64,000 bases of DNA, from positions 6,951,794 to 7,015,793 of the forward strand of contig CAJINV010000001.1 in the NCBI GenBank assembly GCA_905178155.1, written 5' to 3'. Made by a program: the position numbers and the translations under genes. How positions within the stretch are numbered: the stretch's first letter is position 1; every line of letters begins with the position of its first letter. Shown in pieces: positions 53,201-64,000 of this stretch. The notes under the pieces are model-generated. The model was given only the letters and a program-made list of their open reading frames with translations, searched no databases and was not told the origin of the DNA. Source of the stretch: Amoebophrya sp. A120. Its lineage: Eukaryota; Protista; Dinoflagellata.

Positions 53201-56200
53201 AGTCGCTGCCCCGTTGTTTTTCGTCTCCGCTTTCGGATTGTTGTCGTAATGTTTTCGGAGTTTTTCGGACGGCCTTGGGAGGGGGTGCGTTACGGGAGTA
53301 AATGACGATGTTGTCGGCCTCGATCTTCGCTGCGGCCGCATTCGCCTCCTCTTGCCGCTTGTTCGCGACTTCGGTCTTCTGCTTGATCTCCTCGATCAGA
53401 GCCGTTACATTTTTCGCGTTCTCGTCCACCACCACCACCTTTTTACTCAGTTCCACCTGCATCACCGCCACCTGGTCCGCAGCCTCGATGAGCTTCTCCA
53501 AACCGCCGCCCAGTCGCTTCTTCAGCGTGTCGGTGTTGCCCCGGTTGAGTTCCAAAAACTCAGCGTAGTTTGCCAAGTAATCCAAGTAGTTCTTGGGCGT
53601 CGCGAAGTTCTTTCGCTTGAACTTCGCCTCAAACTCCGGGGAATAATTGGTGGTCACGCTGGTGTGCACGTAGGAGATGGTCTTCGCGATCTGGTCGCGG
53701 TTCTCGGGTGGGAGCTCCACGGGTTGCAGGAAGTACTCCGCGACCGCTAACAGCGCGTCCTCCGGCCAGGAGAAGAACCAATCGATCGTACAGCAGGAAA
53801 CCAAACCGGGGAAGTTCCGGCACCGGGTCCGGAGTTGCGATCCCGCCGGGGACATGGCGAGGACCATGTGCAAGTTGTCCTTCAGCATATTCACGACCAA
53901 GCCCCACAGTCCGGTTTCCGGAATGCCCTGCTTCTTCGCTTCGGGCCGTGCTACCTGGTACAGTGGCTCCTTCTCGTCATCTGCCATCAACGCCGGCACC
54001 ATACCGACAGTCAAGATGTTGTTGATGTACTCCAAGAAGCCCTCCTGCACGACGTCCTGATCACGGAAGAGGAAGCTGTGCGGCTTCTTAATCGCCGCGG
54101 TGTAGAGCGCTTTCAAATCGTCGCGGATGTTGCTGTCGCCGTACCCACGGGACAGTTGGATCTCGTACAGCGTGTAGCAGGCTGTGTAGGTTCCGAGCCT
54201 GGTTAGGGATTGCTTTCCGCTACCACCAATACCGATCAAGAGCGCATGGCCTCGTTGGATCCGGATGATCCTGTGCACTCTGGTCAAGTGCGCCATGGCA
54301 TCGATAAACAGCACCAAGTTCATGATCTTGTTCTCCAAGTTGTAGTTTTCCAGCACCGCCGACATGGTTTTCTTCACGTTTGCCCATTCGTTGAGGTCCA
54401 CGTATTGCCGCTGCATCAGCCAGGGGGTTTCGGATTTCGACATGTGGTCTAAAGCGTCCTGGAAGTCGCCGAAAACCAAGGGGTCGGTCATGACTTTCTC
54501 CGCGACGGCACTGTAGTTGCTGCCGATGATGGACTTCATTTGGTTCGCCACGAACTCCTTGTCCTTGTCGTCGTTCAGCCGGTCGTCATAAACCCGCAAG
54601 CACTCGTTTCTGAACATGCGGACCACTTGCACGTCGCTGGACAAAGTTTCTGGCACCCCGGTCTGAAACAGGTTTTGGAACACGCGGGACAGATCTCGGA
54701 GCGAGAAGATGTAGTGGAACTTCGACGGCGTCGGCGGCAGTGCTGCGATGATGTTGTTGTGAAGTTCCATGGCGCATTGGGGCAGTTTCAGGGTTGCGTC
54801 CTTCGCCCCATCGGCAAACGCGCCGTTCTGGAAGCGGAACGCGAGAATCGAAGCGTAAATCCGCTCCACGGTGGACACGGACGGCGCCAGCACGCCGATA
54901 ATCGCGTAAAGGGAAACGACACGCGGGTCGATGTGGTTCCTTCCGCTGCCCGGTGGCTGCATCGCGGAGATGAAGTCGCAGTCAAGGATCAGCATGCGCT
55001 CTAATTCCAACCGGTGGTAGAAGTAGCCACGCTCCACCAGGAACTTCAGCAACGCAAGCGGCTGCTGCGTGCCGTACGTGTCGATCTTGGGCATCGCGAG
55101 ATCATCGATGAACACGCGCAATCGCTTCCCCGCCTCCGGCCCGTACTGGCGCCCGGTGCGCTTGCTGACGTTGTCCTCAATCGTCCTCTGGAAGTCCATT
55201 GACGTCGTTCGGGAGGAAAACGAGATGTTCAAGATGATGCTCTCCTCGTTGCTCCACCCAGTTTCCAGGCACGCTTGCGTCGTGACAGACTTTGCCGTAC
55301 CGGACTCACCAACGAACAGCGTCGGCTGGGACACCGACATGAACCGCTTGATCAACCAGCTGTACCGCGTGGTATCCACCGTCGGGACCAAAATCTGGTT
55401 GAAGTTGATGTCGTTTGGCGGCGCCCACTCCTGGATCAGATCGTCCCATGGCACCCAGCGGCCGCTGGATTCGAAATCGAAGTAATTGTCATAGAGCGGG
55501 GAGCTGGGCATCATCTTGCCCGAGCGCTTGCGGATGAACTCGTCAAACTTTTTACGGCCCTCCTCGTCGACCGCGGCGCCGATGGACCAGACTGTCGGGC
55601 AGTTCATTTTTCGACGTCATCGAGCAAGAAATAAGGGCGATACAACAGCGAGGAGTGCACACGCACAACGCTCATACTTAGACTTATCGCTTGTATTGAA
55701 AAATATATAAAGCTGCAAGAGCCTACACCTAGAAGTACAACTTCTTACTCGAAAGATTCTATACCGAGGCACAGAACGTAGACATGCTCCAGCAGGTCGA
55801 GGGAGATTTCGTTCCCCGACGTCGTCATCATGGTGTCACGCGAGCCCACGTCCTCGCCCTCTTTCGGGCCCTGGCTGTCGTCCACGTCCGCGATCAGAGA
55901 GTCAAATAGCCTCGTGAACTGGTACATCGCATCCGTACCGACCTGACTTCGGGGGATTTGCAATGAAACCGGCTCTCCGACAGAGTCGCCCACTCGCCCC
56001 TCGTACACGTACAAAACCAGCTGCGGGTAGAACTTGTCGAAGCATTCCAACAGCAGCTCCTTCATCGGTTGGTGCGTGCCGCACTTCAGCCTCACCCACC
56101 GGTCGTAGTACGGGCCGCAACCCAAGTTTCTGTCGTCCACGTACACCATCCCGCAACGGGACACGGTTGCGGGAGACGCGTACTGCAAGTCGTAGACTTC

Positions 56201-59200
56201 GAACAACATCGCACAGTGCCCCTCTAACCTGATACGCTCACCGTTGGGGAGTGTCAGGAGTTTGTTGTCGTCCATGACGGAGTTCATGTTCTCAATCCAC
56301 AATGCATCCACATCTCCGTCGTACATGATGTACCTGCGCTCCGGCTTCTTCGGGTCGTAATTGCTGTTCATGTCACGGAAAATCTTGGAAAGCAGTCCAT
56401 CCGTCCAGTCACGCGTTGCGGGGTTCAAAACACCGTAGAGCTCGTCGGTAGTAACCGCCTTATGAGAGTGCACAACTCCCCCTCCCCCTCATTTGTCATG
56501 CAAAATACCTAATTTACGCCTTGGCTCTCGGCACTGTTTGCGTGACAAGTTCTGGCAGCCCAAATAGCACTACAATCCTGTCCAAATTTGTCATGCGAAA
56601 TCTGTATTCTTGCTGGCGCTTGTATTGCTGTTCATGCAATACAAATGAGGGGGAGGGGGAGTTGTGCACTTCTATACGCCTTCGGGTTGATCGGGAAAAT
56701 CTTGGTTGGCAATGCCAGCGCTTTCTTCTGCGCGCCGGCCAGCGTGTCGACACACACAGATTTGCCACCGCAGGTTGGGCCGACGACCATTGTCGAGTGG
56801 CGGGTGAGCATGGTCTCGTACAGTTGCATAACCTGCGTGGGTCGTGATTTTTCAGATTCACAATCATCACAACAGAGGCAAACATTTATCCTCCTGCTTC
56901 GCTTAACAAAAAGAGACACGCTTCTAGCGAAGAAACATCAACACAACCGCAACTACTACAAGAACCACGGCGGGCCACCAGAAGATCATACAAGAAAATA
57001 TTCCAGAATGTTTTCTCCATGGTACTTAGTACCTTATCCACTTGCAAATCGAATGTCTCGTCGTATTTGCTGCGCTCCGGGCGGTTGTGATTCTCCGTTA
57101 AGACGTCGATGATCCCCTGCTTCAGCTCCGGGTTCCCGACACGTGGGCAATCCAGGCCCGGAAACAAGTCGTTCAACAGCCCGAGAAACAGCGGCACATC
57201 CTGCTTAACAAACTTCGGGATGTTCATATCACGCAACGCGCGCATCAGCACCACATCCTCCCCGAGATCCGGAGACCCGCGCTTCATATCCCCCGCCATG
57301 ACAAGGACTGACTTCAGCGCGCGGAGTTTGAAATCGTAGTGGTACTGCTTGGACAGCTGTCCGGCGGAAAGCGCGTACAACACGGTCATCTTTTTCGCGA
57401 GCACCTTCGACAGCAGGAAACCCTCGGACATCAACATATTGTCGCAAATCATCATCAAGTCGGGAACGATCATCGTCACCGGCCGGAACAGTGCCTTCAA
57501 GTTATCCGGCAGCTCGGAACGCCCCGCGTAACCGGGATTCATCGTGATGAAGTACCCGATCGTGACCTTCAGCGCAACCTCGCGGTTCAACATCTCGATG
57601 GTCTTGCTACCCGCGGCCAGCCCGAGCTGGATCGTCTTGATCTGCGCCGCCACCACGGATAACACCTCCGGATTGATTCGGTTAAACTCATCGAAGCAGC
57701 CCCAGAATCCGGTTTCGGACAACCCGGAGAAAATCACACCCATCGCCCGGTAATCCAGACCGTCACCGCAATTTGTCACGACGCAGGGGATCGCGAGCGC
57801 TTTCGCCAAATCCTTGGTGGTTTCGGTCTTACCCGTACCGGCGGGCCCGGCGGGGGCGCCGCCCATGTAGAAGGTGAGCGCGGTAGTGAGTGTCATCACG
57901 CAACGATCGGTAAGCGGGGTAATGACCAGCCGCCCATTCAGTCCTTGGTACTCGTACGTGTAGCGGAGCACACCCGTGCATTGCTTTACCTGTTCAATAG
58001 TTAGTAGTCGGCGGTAGAAAGAACTCTTTGCGTGGTCACAAGAGATCACGGATGACAACTTTTTTTTACAAAGTGCACTCGCGACTACTCGGCAAAGTTT
58101 AAGTTTTCTATCTCAAGAGAACAAGGCATGACATTCACGCACTTCTACCTGGACGTCGTCTATCCTGCGATCCCAGTAGAACCGCAGCTGCGATTCCCAG
58201 TCGAAGTCGTCGGCGGACAAGACGCTGTCCCTGACGAACCGATCCACAATGTCCCGTGCGTGCACATCCAAGATGATCAACGAGTTCACCTTCTTCCGCT
58301 GCTGCTTCGAGATGTCCGACCCGACCAGCAGCACCAGGTCGGTCACCTGCTGGTTCTGGTTCGACAACTCCGTCTTCATCCCGTTCTTGTCCCCAGCCGC
58401 CACTTTGCGGAACGCGTCCTCCACGACCCAGGTCCACCAGATCTGGGTCCCGAGAATCGCGACCATGCCGTTGTACTGCTGCAGCCACTCGATACGCGGC
58501 TCCGATGCGTAGGTCCACACTGCCTTTTTCGATAACCGGAGCAGGGTCTCCTGCATCTGGTAATCCACGCGGTTCAACCAATCCTCGATCGCCCCCTCCG
58601 CCATCTGCGTCTCGTGGAACGTCAGGAACTCCTTTTCCTCGGACCACATTCCCGCGACGACTTTTGGCCGGGGGAAGCTCAGTTCCTTGCAGTTGTCGAA
58701 CACCTTGATCATGTGGGGTTGCACCGCCAAGCAGTCACTGGTGCCGAGAATCGACAGCAGCTCGTCGTCGGAGATCAAGTAGAACCGCGGGAAGGCGGAC
58801 CGCTTGGTGTCCAGGTAGTCGGTTAGCGATTTCTGGATCTTGTCAAACGCGCCGATGAGATCCTTAAACTCGGCGTACCGGGCGCCCTCCTGCGCGCAGC
58901 AGGCGTTCATGACGTTTTTGTTCTGGATTGTGGCGACCATGATGCCCAGAAACTGCTTGTGCACCTTGTCGAACTTCTTCGCTTCCTCCGGCAATTGCAG
59001 GCGAATGTCGTCGGACTCCAGGAAAATGGATTCCAAGTACATCCACTTCCGCTGGCACTGCAGCCACACGTCGAACACCTCGGACACGATGGAGAGATTC
59101 TTCTCCCACCTTTTGATCACGTCCAGCAGCTTCGCCGCGTACTTCGAACCGCCCATGGACTGCAGAGTTAGTAAGTGATCGTCCAACACCAAACGCATTT

Positions 59201-62200
59201 CCTCATTCGGCTGCAGCAGCTGAATGTCACCCTTGTGCGGGTACATCTGGAAGTCGCAGCTCCGCCAGAACGCATCCACCTTCTGCAACTCGTTTTCAAT
59301 CTTCAATTCGTTCTGCGCGGTGATGACAATTTCGTTCACTTCCTCCGGGAAACGGTGCAAGCCGAGTCGGAAAACCTGCAACAACGTCATCTTTGTGGGA
59401 TCCAACTCCGCTTTCTTTTTCGCGGCCTCGTCCATATCGGGGTCGTCATTCCCCCCGGCGAGTTCCTGCAGCTCCTTCCAGTGCTGTGGCTTGATCGCCG
59501 GGTGCTTTAAAGATTGGATCAAGGGAACGGAAGATTTGAAATCAGAAACAGTTTTTTCCAAAGTTCCGAACGCCGGCACCTCGCCGATTTCCTTCTTGTC
59601 CTTTGGCATCCGGCGCACCTTCTTGTCGAAATCCTCGGCGGACTTGTTGAGCGCCTCCAGATCGAGGTTCTTCCAGGAGACCGACGAAAACTCGAGGACC
59701 ATGGCAGCGTGCGCGGAAAAAACGTCGTAGATGGCTCGGTTGATTTTCATCTCCCGGTCCATGGCTGCGAGCTCTGGGCAGGCTACAATGGGGAGCTGGA
59801 ACAGAGTTTGGGCCTTCACGAGCTCCTCGCGACGCTTCATGTACGTCTTCAGGTCGGATTCGTATCTGGAAGATAATTTTCAATTTCAAAACCTGTGCTC
59901 AAAAAAAAAGTAAAACAGATCAAACACATGCCTCGCAAAACCTGTGAAGGAGCACCAGCGAAAAAGCAACGGAATCTACCTCTTCATCAATTCTCGGCCT
60001 TCCTCCAACGTCAGCTCGCCGCCGTCCGCGGCTGTTTGCAAGCCCGCGGTGGCGGGGCCGGAGGACGCGAATTCTTTGTAGACATCAATCAGCTCGTCGT
60101 TGAACTCTTTCACTTGGGTCTCCGTGACTTGCGAAAACGTCTCCTTTACCGATACCAACCGCCTGTCCCTCGTGAGCGCCAAGTCTTTCAGCGCTTTCCA
60201 CTGCTCCGGCAGGGCGTTCGCTGCGTCCACTTCGTTCTCTTGGTCCAAAGGTTCGAACTTGTGGATCACAAGGGTCCGATACCGTTCCTGCACCTCGTGA
60301 ACGACACGCGCCTCTTGGTCCATGGACATGGACATAATTTGGCTCACCACACCGAGAACAAATTTCAGTTTCTCCAGCGTGTCTGGCGTCTCGCAAGACA
60401 GCTGCTCGGTGAACGTCGCGATCTCCTTCGTCACGAGCTCCAGTTCCCTCTGCGCGAGGCGCTGGAGAATGCTTCCGTAGGCTTGGACCCACTCCATGGT
60501 CTGTGCGCGAATCCCGGCAATCACGGCCGTGGAATCGATGCGGACGAAGCCGATATCTGTTTTTTTTTTTAGGTTTCGCAGCTCCCAAGAAGAAGGAGTC
60601 GCGCAGGCAAGCATTCGAAGCCGTGAACGCAGCGCAACGCCTCAGCGAACCTCTGCACCTGAGAAGCGCTGCACCTAGGACAAGCGCTCCACTTTCTTCA
60701 GCGCGGCACGACTCAAGCGAGGCACTACTTAAGGGAGGCACTACCTAAGCTGCGAGGCACTACCCCTAAGCGGGGCGCTACTTTAGCGAGGCACTACTTA
60801 AGAGCGAGGCAAATCGAGACACTACTTAAGCGCGGCAATACTTAAGCGCGACACTACCTAAGCGCGGCACTACTTAAGCGAGGCACTACTTAAGCGAGGC
60901 ACTACTTAAGCGAGGCACTACTTAAGCGAGGCGCTACTTGGGCGAGGCGCTACTTCCTGAAGTGGCGCAAAATCTCGACCAGGCACTACTTAAGCGAGGC
61001 ACTACTTTCTTAAGCGAGGCGCTACTTTCTTAAGCGAGGCACTACTTAAGCGAGGCACTACTTAAGCGATGCACTACTTAAGCGAGGCACTACTTAAGCG
61101 AGGCACTACTTAAGACGAAGCACTTAAGCGAAGCACTTAAGCGAAGCACTGAAGCGAAGCACTTAAGCGAAGCACTGAAGCGAAGCACTTAAGCGAAGCA
61201 CTGAAGCGAAGCACTGAAGCGAAGCACTGAAGCGAAGCACTGAAGCGAAGCACTGAAGCGAAGCACTGAAGCGAAGCACTGAAGCGAAGCACTTAAGCGA
61301 AGCACTTAAGCGAACCGCGTGAGCGAACCGCGTGAGCGAAACACGTAAGCGAAGCACTTAAGCGAATAAGCGAAGCACTTACGTAAGCGAACCACACAAG
61401 CGAAACACATAAGCGAGACACATAAGCGAAACACTTAGGGGAAACTCCTAAGCGAAACACTTAGGCGAAACAGATAAGCGAAACACATAAGCGAAACACT
61501 TAACCACCGCAAAATAAGGTTATTCCAGTCTTTTCTCATCATGATCATGATGAGGCTCGACATACCTTTTTCCCTCGGATACGACGCCAGCCCCTCCGCT
61601 AATCCCTTGTAGACGTTGATGTATACGTCGAAGAAGACGACCGTGGGTTTTCGGTCAAAAAGCTTCTCCAACTCCTGCTTTCCCTTGGTGTCCCACAATC
61701 TCCACTGCGTGTCGTACTTCTTCCAGGAGCGCAGGAATTTGCTCATCACCTGGAACACGTTCTGAATGTTGTTCTGGATCGCGATTGTCATCTCGATCAG
61801 CGCGGGGTTCTGGTAGATATCCCGGTAGAAGGTGAAGTCCGTCAGCTTTTGGTCCTCCTCCTGCTGAGGCGGCGGTGGAACTAATCTGCAAGTGCCCTCC
61901 ATCCAGCGGACAAAGAAGTGCGCGGACTGTAGGACGTTCTGCAGCAGTTTGGTGATCGTCTTGAAGACCTGGTGCAGCGTGGACAAAACCACGTCCGGCG
62001 CATTGAATTGCGCCTTGATTTTCAGCAACACCGACTTCGCCGGTGCCTCCATCTTTCCCACCGGATTCGTGTAGCTGGTGTCGGTCGCGCCGGGCGCGAG
62101 CAAGTTCTGCATCACGCCCTGCGCGAAAGAGCCGGGCACGGCCAAAACGCTGGCCTCCTGCTGCATAGTCAACGAGTCCTGCGCGGTCAAGTTACTATTC

Positions 62201-64000
62201 GTGAACAGGGTCTGGAAGCTGGCCATCGCGCGGATCAGCATGGTCGTGATCGCGTTGAAGATCCGCCTTTCCCAGTACACATAGTACTCCGCCATGGCCG
62301 GGCTCGACCCGGTTTTCGTGCCCGCGGTGGTTTCCTCGATTTTGATCAAAAAGGGTGAAATTGACTCGTACTTCTTCACCAGGTCAGCCACCTGCTGCTC
62401 GCGGAACTTCTCAAAGTACTCGTAGAACTCCTGGTGGTCCATCACTTCCTGGTCCTCCTGCTCCCAGTTGAACGGTTTCACGAGGATGGCCTTTTCGATC
62501 GCGTCCACGACGTTTTCGATCCGTTCCTGGGATTTCTCGACCTGATCCCGGACGGAGCGGAGCGTGGAGACCCCGCGGTTCCCCTCTTCGATGAAGTCCA
62601 GGATCCCCAGGGAGTTCCAGTTGAGCACCCCCAACCCGGGTTCCATGCAGGCGTCGAGCTCGCGGAGCTGACCTTTGAGGAGATTTCGCTGCACCGTGGA
62701 CATGTCGCCGACCACCTCGTCGTACGCATTCGCGAGAAGCTGGAGCTGCTCGACAAATTGCTTGTATTTCTCCTCCTGTAGCCCGACGTTGAGCACTAAT
62801 TGCGGCAACTCAAACCCGCCAAGCTGGTCCAGCATCTTCGCTTCCCGGGTGAGCAAATCTAGTTGCACGTTGAAATTGACCGCGAAGCCACCACCCTCTT
62901 TTTTGCACAAAATGTTGTTCCCGAGCGCCTCCTGCACGGTGGATACGGCTTGCTCCTCCCAATCTGCGAACAGATTCTGCTCGAACGCGAGAATGTCCTT
63001 CCCCAGATCCACGTAGTCGCGGCAAGCAACCTGCCCCTCGGGGGTTTGTAACAGCTGCGGCATCGTCTTGAAGCTGAGAACCGGCCGCTTGATGCGGGCA
63101 AAAATACTCCGCGCCCACGCGATGCTGCCCGCTAGTGGTGGCACGTCTTTCGGCGGCTTGTAGTTCACGCTCTCTTTCTCGAAGAGCTCGCGCATGCGCT
63201 TGACCTGTTGATCAATGTTTTAGCAGGAGGTCGGTTTATTTTCATCATTTACATCATTCTCAAGATCGAAAAAATAAACCGTCGTCGTGTCAAAACGCTA
63301 GTACCCTCCTTATGACCACATAAGTAAAATCCCATCAATTAATCTAGATCATAGTACCTCGCTTCCGTACTGCTTTAATATGTCCGCGAACTTCTCGCTC
63401 ATCTTCGCGTTGATCGTCTCCCGCGATTCGATGTTCTTGAAGTTCTGCAGCAGTTGAAACGCGCCTTCCGCGGACCGCAAATTCTGAAACGAAGTGTATC
63501 AAGTGTAAAAGTGTCTGGGTCTGGATACTTGTAATGCTAAAAGTGAATGATAGACGCGCCGCAATGTGCAGCTATGCATGACAAATTTTGTGGCTGCCAT
63601 GTCTTACGTATTCCGCATGGCAAACTGCCTTTTCGAACGACAGTTAAGGGGGCTCTTTCGTGCCTATGCAACACAGATTCTCGAGTCATGCCAGACAAGC
63701 ATGACAAACTTGCACTCTTCCAGACCCAGACGTTTTTGCATTTGATAAAGTGTCCAGAAAGACAATCGCCCTTCGCTCGATCACCTCCACGCGTTCGCGG
63801 AACCGCCCCATCATAGGTTCCCACACGGTCGAGTAGTTCCGCTCGTCGAAAGCGCGTCGAGCAGAGACTTTCTGAAGTTCTGCTCTCGTCAAGTCTGCCA
63901 CTTCTTTCAAGAGCTCGTCGATGTCCGCGCTGTCGCCCGTCACTTCTTTCAACTCCGGACCGAGAAATTTGTAGAACTGGTCCAGCACTTGCGTGACCTC
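44228..64000 (-). CDS. DNAH10: Axonemal dynein heavy chain, DNAH10 (inner-arm I1 alpha)-like; multi-exon, 5' end outside window
   Basis: P-loops [32 protein letters not shown]; [19 protein letters not shown]; CFDEFNRI; [21 protein letters not shown]; [23 protein letters not shown]. Tail segment [19 protein letters not shown] resembles DNAH10 (subtype recognised from memory). Confidence 0.93.
46913..47191. mobile_element. TIR/TSD introner family B, 279 bp, in dynein
   Basis: TIR tatcctgagtaaaaacgtccccacaccagag vs revcomp tatcatttgtaaaaacgtccccaccccagag; TSD ttgat at 46908-46912 and 47192-47196; removal gives [13 protein letters not shown]. Confidence 0.94.
47258..47536. mobile_element. TIR/TSD introner family B, 279 bp, in dynein
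   Basis: Perfect 31-bp TIR tatcctgagtaaaaacgtccccaccccagag; TSD tgtct at 47253-47257 and 47537-47541; removal gives [23 protein letters not shown]. Confidence 0.95.
49358..49611. mobile_element. TIR/TSD introner family A, 254 bp, in dynein
   Basis: TIR tatcaaatgcaaaaatgtctgggtctgga vs revcomp tatggattgtaaaaatgtctgggtctgga; TSD cgctt at 49353-49357 and 49612-49616; removal gives [14 protein letters not shown]. Confidence 0.93.
50062..50823 (+). repeat. Left arm of GC-rich repeats: ~324-bp unit x2, with a duplicated ~78-bp subunit
   Basis: aggcgggccgttctggttttctcgctttcagcgcgcgggg starts at ~50062 and ~50386; subunit ccatcggggctgcgtgtccacgcgccagccccgagctgtttacgcaggcacccaacgcgcaaaagtgtgggccgcata is repeated. 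Confidence 0.88.
51720..53040 (-). repeat. Right arm: about three diverged copies of the same unit in inverted orientation
   Basis: Reverse complement of 52842-53040 matches 50640-50823 (…gattacgtaggcgcccaacgcgcaaacgc…ttttccccagcatatcaagc); further copies near 52420-52790 and 51930-52200. Confidence 0.85.
56461..56676. mobile_element. TIR/TSD introner family C, 216 bp, in dynein
   Basis: TAT termini and perfect 30-bp core TIR agtgcacaactccccctccccctcatttgt; TSD cgcct at 56456-56460 and 56677-56681; removal gives [16 protein letters not shown]. Confidence 0.94.
60715..61502. repeat. Compound minisatellite within canonical dynein intron 60557-61565: 16-bp gcgaggcactacttaa, then 13-bp gcgaagcact(t/g)aa, then 13-bp gcgaaacacataa variants
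   Basis: Tandem arrays seen directly. The host intron has GT at 61565 and AG at 60557 and joins PREK|DIGFVRID. Confidence 0.92.
63497..63747. mobile_element. TIR/TSD introner family A, 251 bp, in dynein
   Basis: TIR tatcaagtgtaaaagtgtctgggtctgga vs revcomp tatcaaatgcaaaaacgtctgggtctgga; TSD aagtg at 63492-63496 and 63748-63752; removal gives [16 protein letters not shown]. Confidence 0.94.

Larger units (their letters stand above)
49648..53301. mobile_element. Giant (3654 bp) TIR/TSD element acting as an intron in dynein; internal inverted arrays of GC-rich repeats (foldback-like); no transposase ORF recognised
   Basis: 22-bp TIR ttactccc(a/g)taacgcaccccct; TSD atgac at 49643-49647 and 53302-53306; removal gives [17 protein letters not shown]. 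Confidence 0.92.

Noticed and set aside
9671-58148. AG|GT repeated at both ends of several canonical introns (9671-9795, 32404-32579, 38515-38628, 57990-58148) as old TSDs
   Set aside because: This matches the ordinary proto-splice-site consensus and no TIR remnants are visible, so it cannot be distinguished from background.
60715-61502. Possible CRISPR array or telomeric repeat
   Set aside because: Units are directly adjacent with no unique spacers, no cas genes are present, the context is a eukaryotic intron, and the unit is not TTTAGGG-like.
2240-63051. Numerous plus-strand ORFs
   Set aside because: They are antisense shadows of GC-rich minus-strand coding exons and show no recognisable domains.
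20835-63824. Recurrent peptides CKNVWVW / [10 protein letters not shown] / GVGTFLLRI as a repeated protein domain
   Set aside because: These are translations of the introner TIRs, not protein motifs.
44228-64000. Dynein, XPF or the ERO1 fusion as pseudogenes, or stop-codon reassignment
   Set aside because: Every frame break I examined is explained by a GT-AG intron or a TIR/TSD element; exons contain no internal stops, and TAA, TAG and TGA all occur as terminators.

Overview
Eukaryotic, gene-dense genomic DNA, most likely from a parasitic syndinian dinoflagellate such as Amoebophrya. This is an inference from three things: every recognisable gene lies on the minus strand, there is an alveolate-type N-acylated Rab5B, and many introns are non-canonical and transposon-like. 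Genes, all on the minus strand: ubiquitin-conjugating E2 (UBC4/UBE2D-like, 3' end truncated by the window), a ~3143-aa orphan membrane protein, a 1052-aa orphan, a signal-peptide/ERO1/fumarate-reductase/cytochrome-b5/RDEL fusion (~1472 aa), XPF/ERCC4, several orphans (one with 54-bp coding repeats), a divergent F1-ATPase alpha-like protein lacking the P-loop, Rab5B, a Gfo/Idh/MocA (myo-inositol dehydrogenase-like) enzyme, and a >19.7-kb DNAH10-like axonemal dynein heavy chain (5' end truncated). Ten insertions with terminal inverted repeats (TIRs) and exact 5-bp target-site duplications (TSDs) interrupt conserved reading frames. Removing the element plus one TSD restores the protein in every case, yet none gives a GT-AG intron. 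One is a 3.65-kb foldback-like element. Best leads: (1) the ER-luminal Ero1-fumarate reductase-cytochrome b5 fusion, a candidate one-polypeptide, oxygen-independent disulfide-forming system; (2) the TIR/TSD introner system, including the giant element and a motif shared across families. All coordinates were read by eye; no database searches were run.
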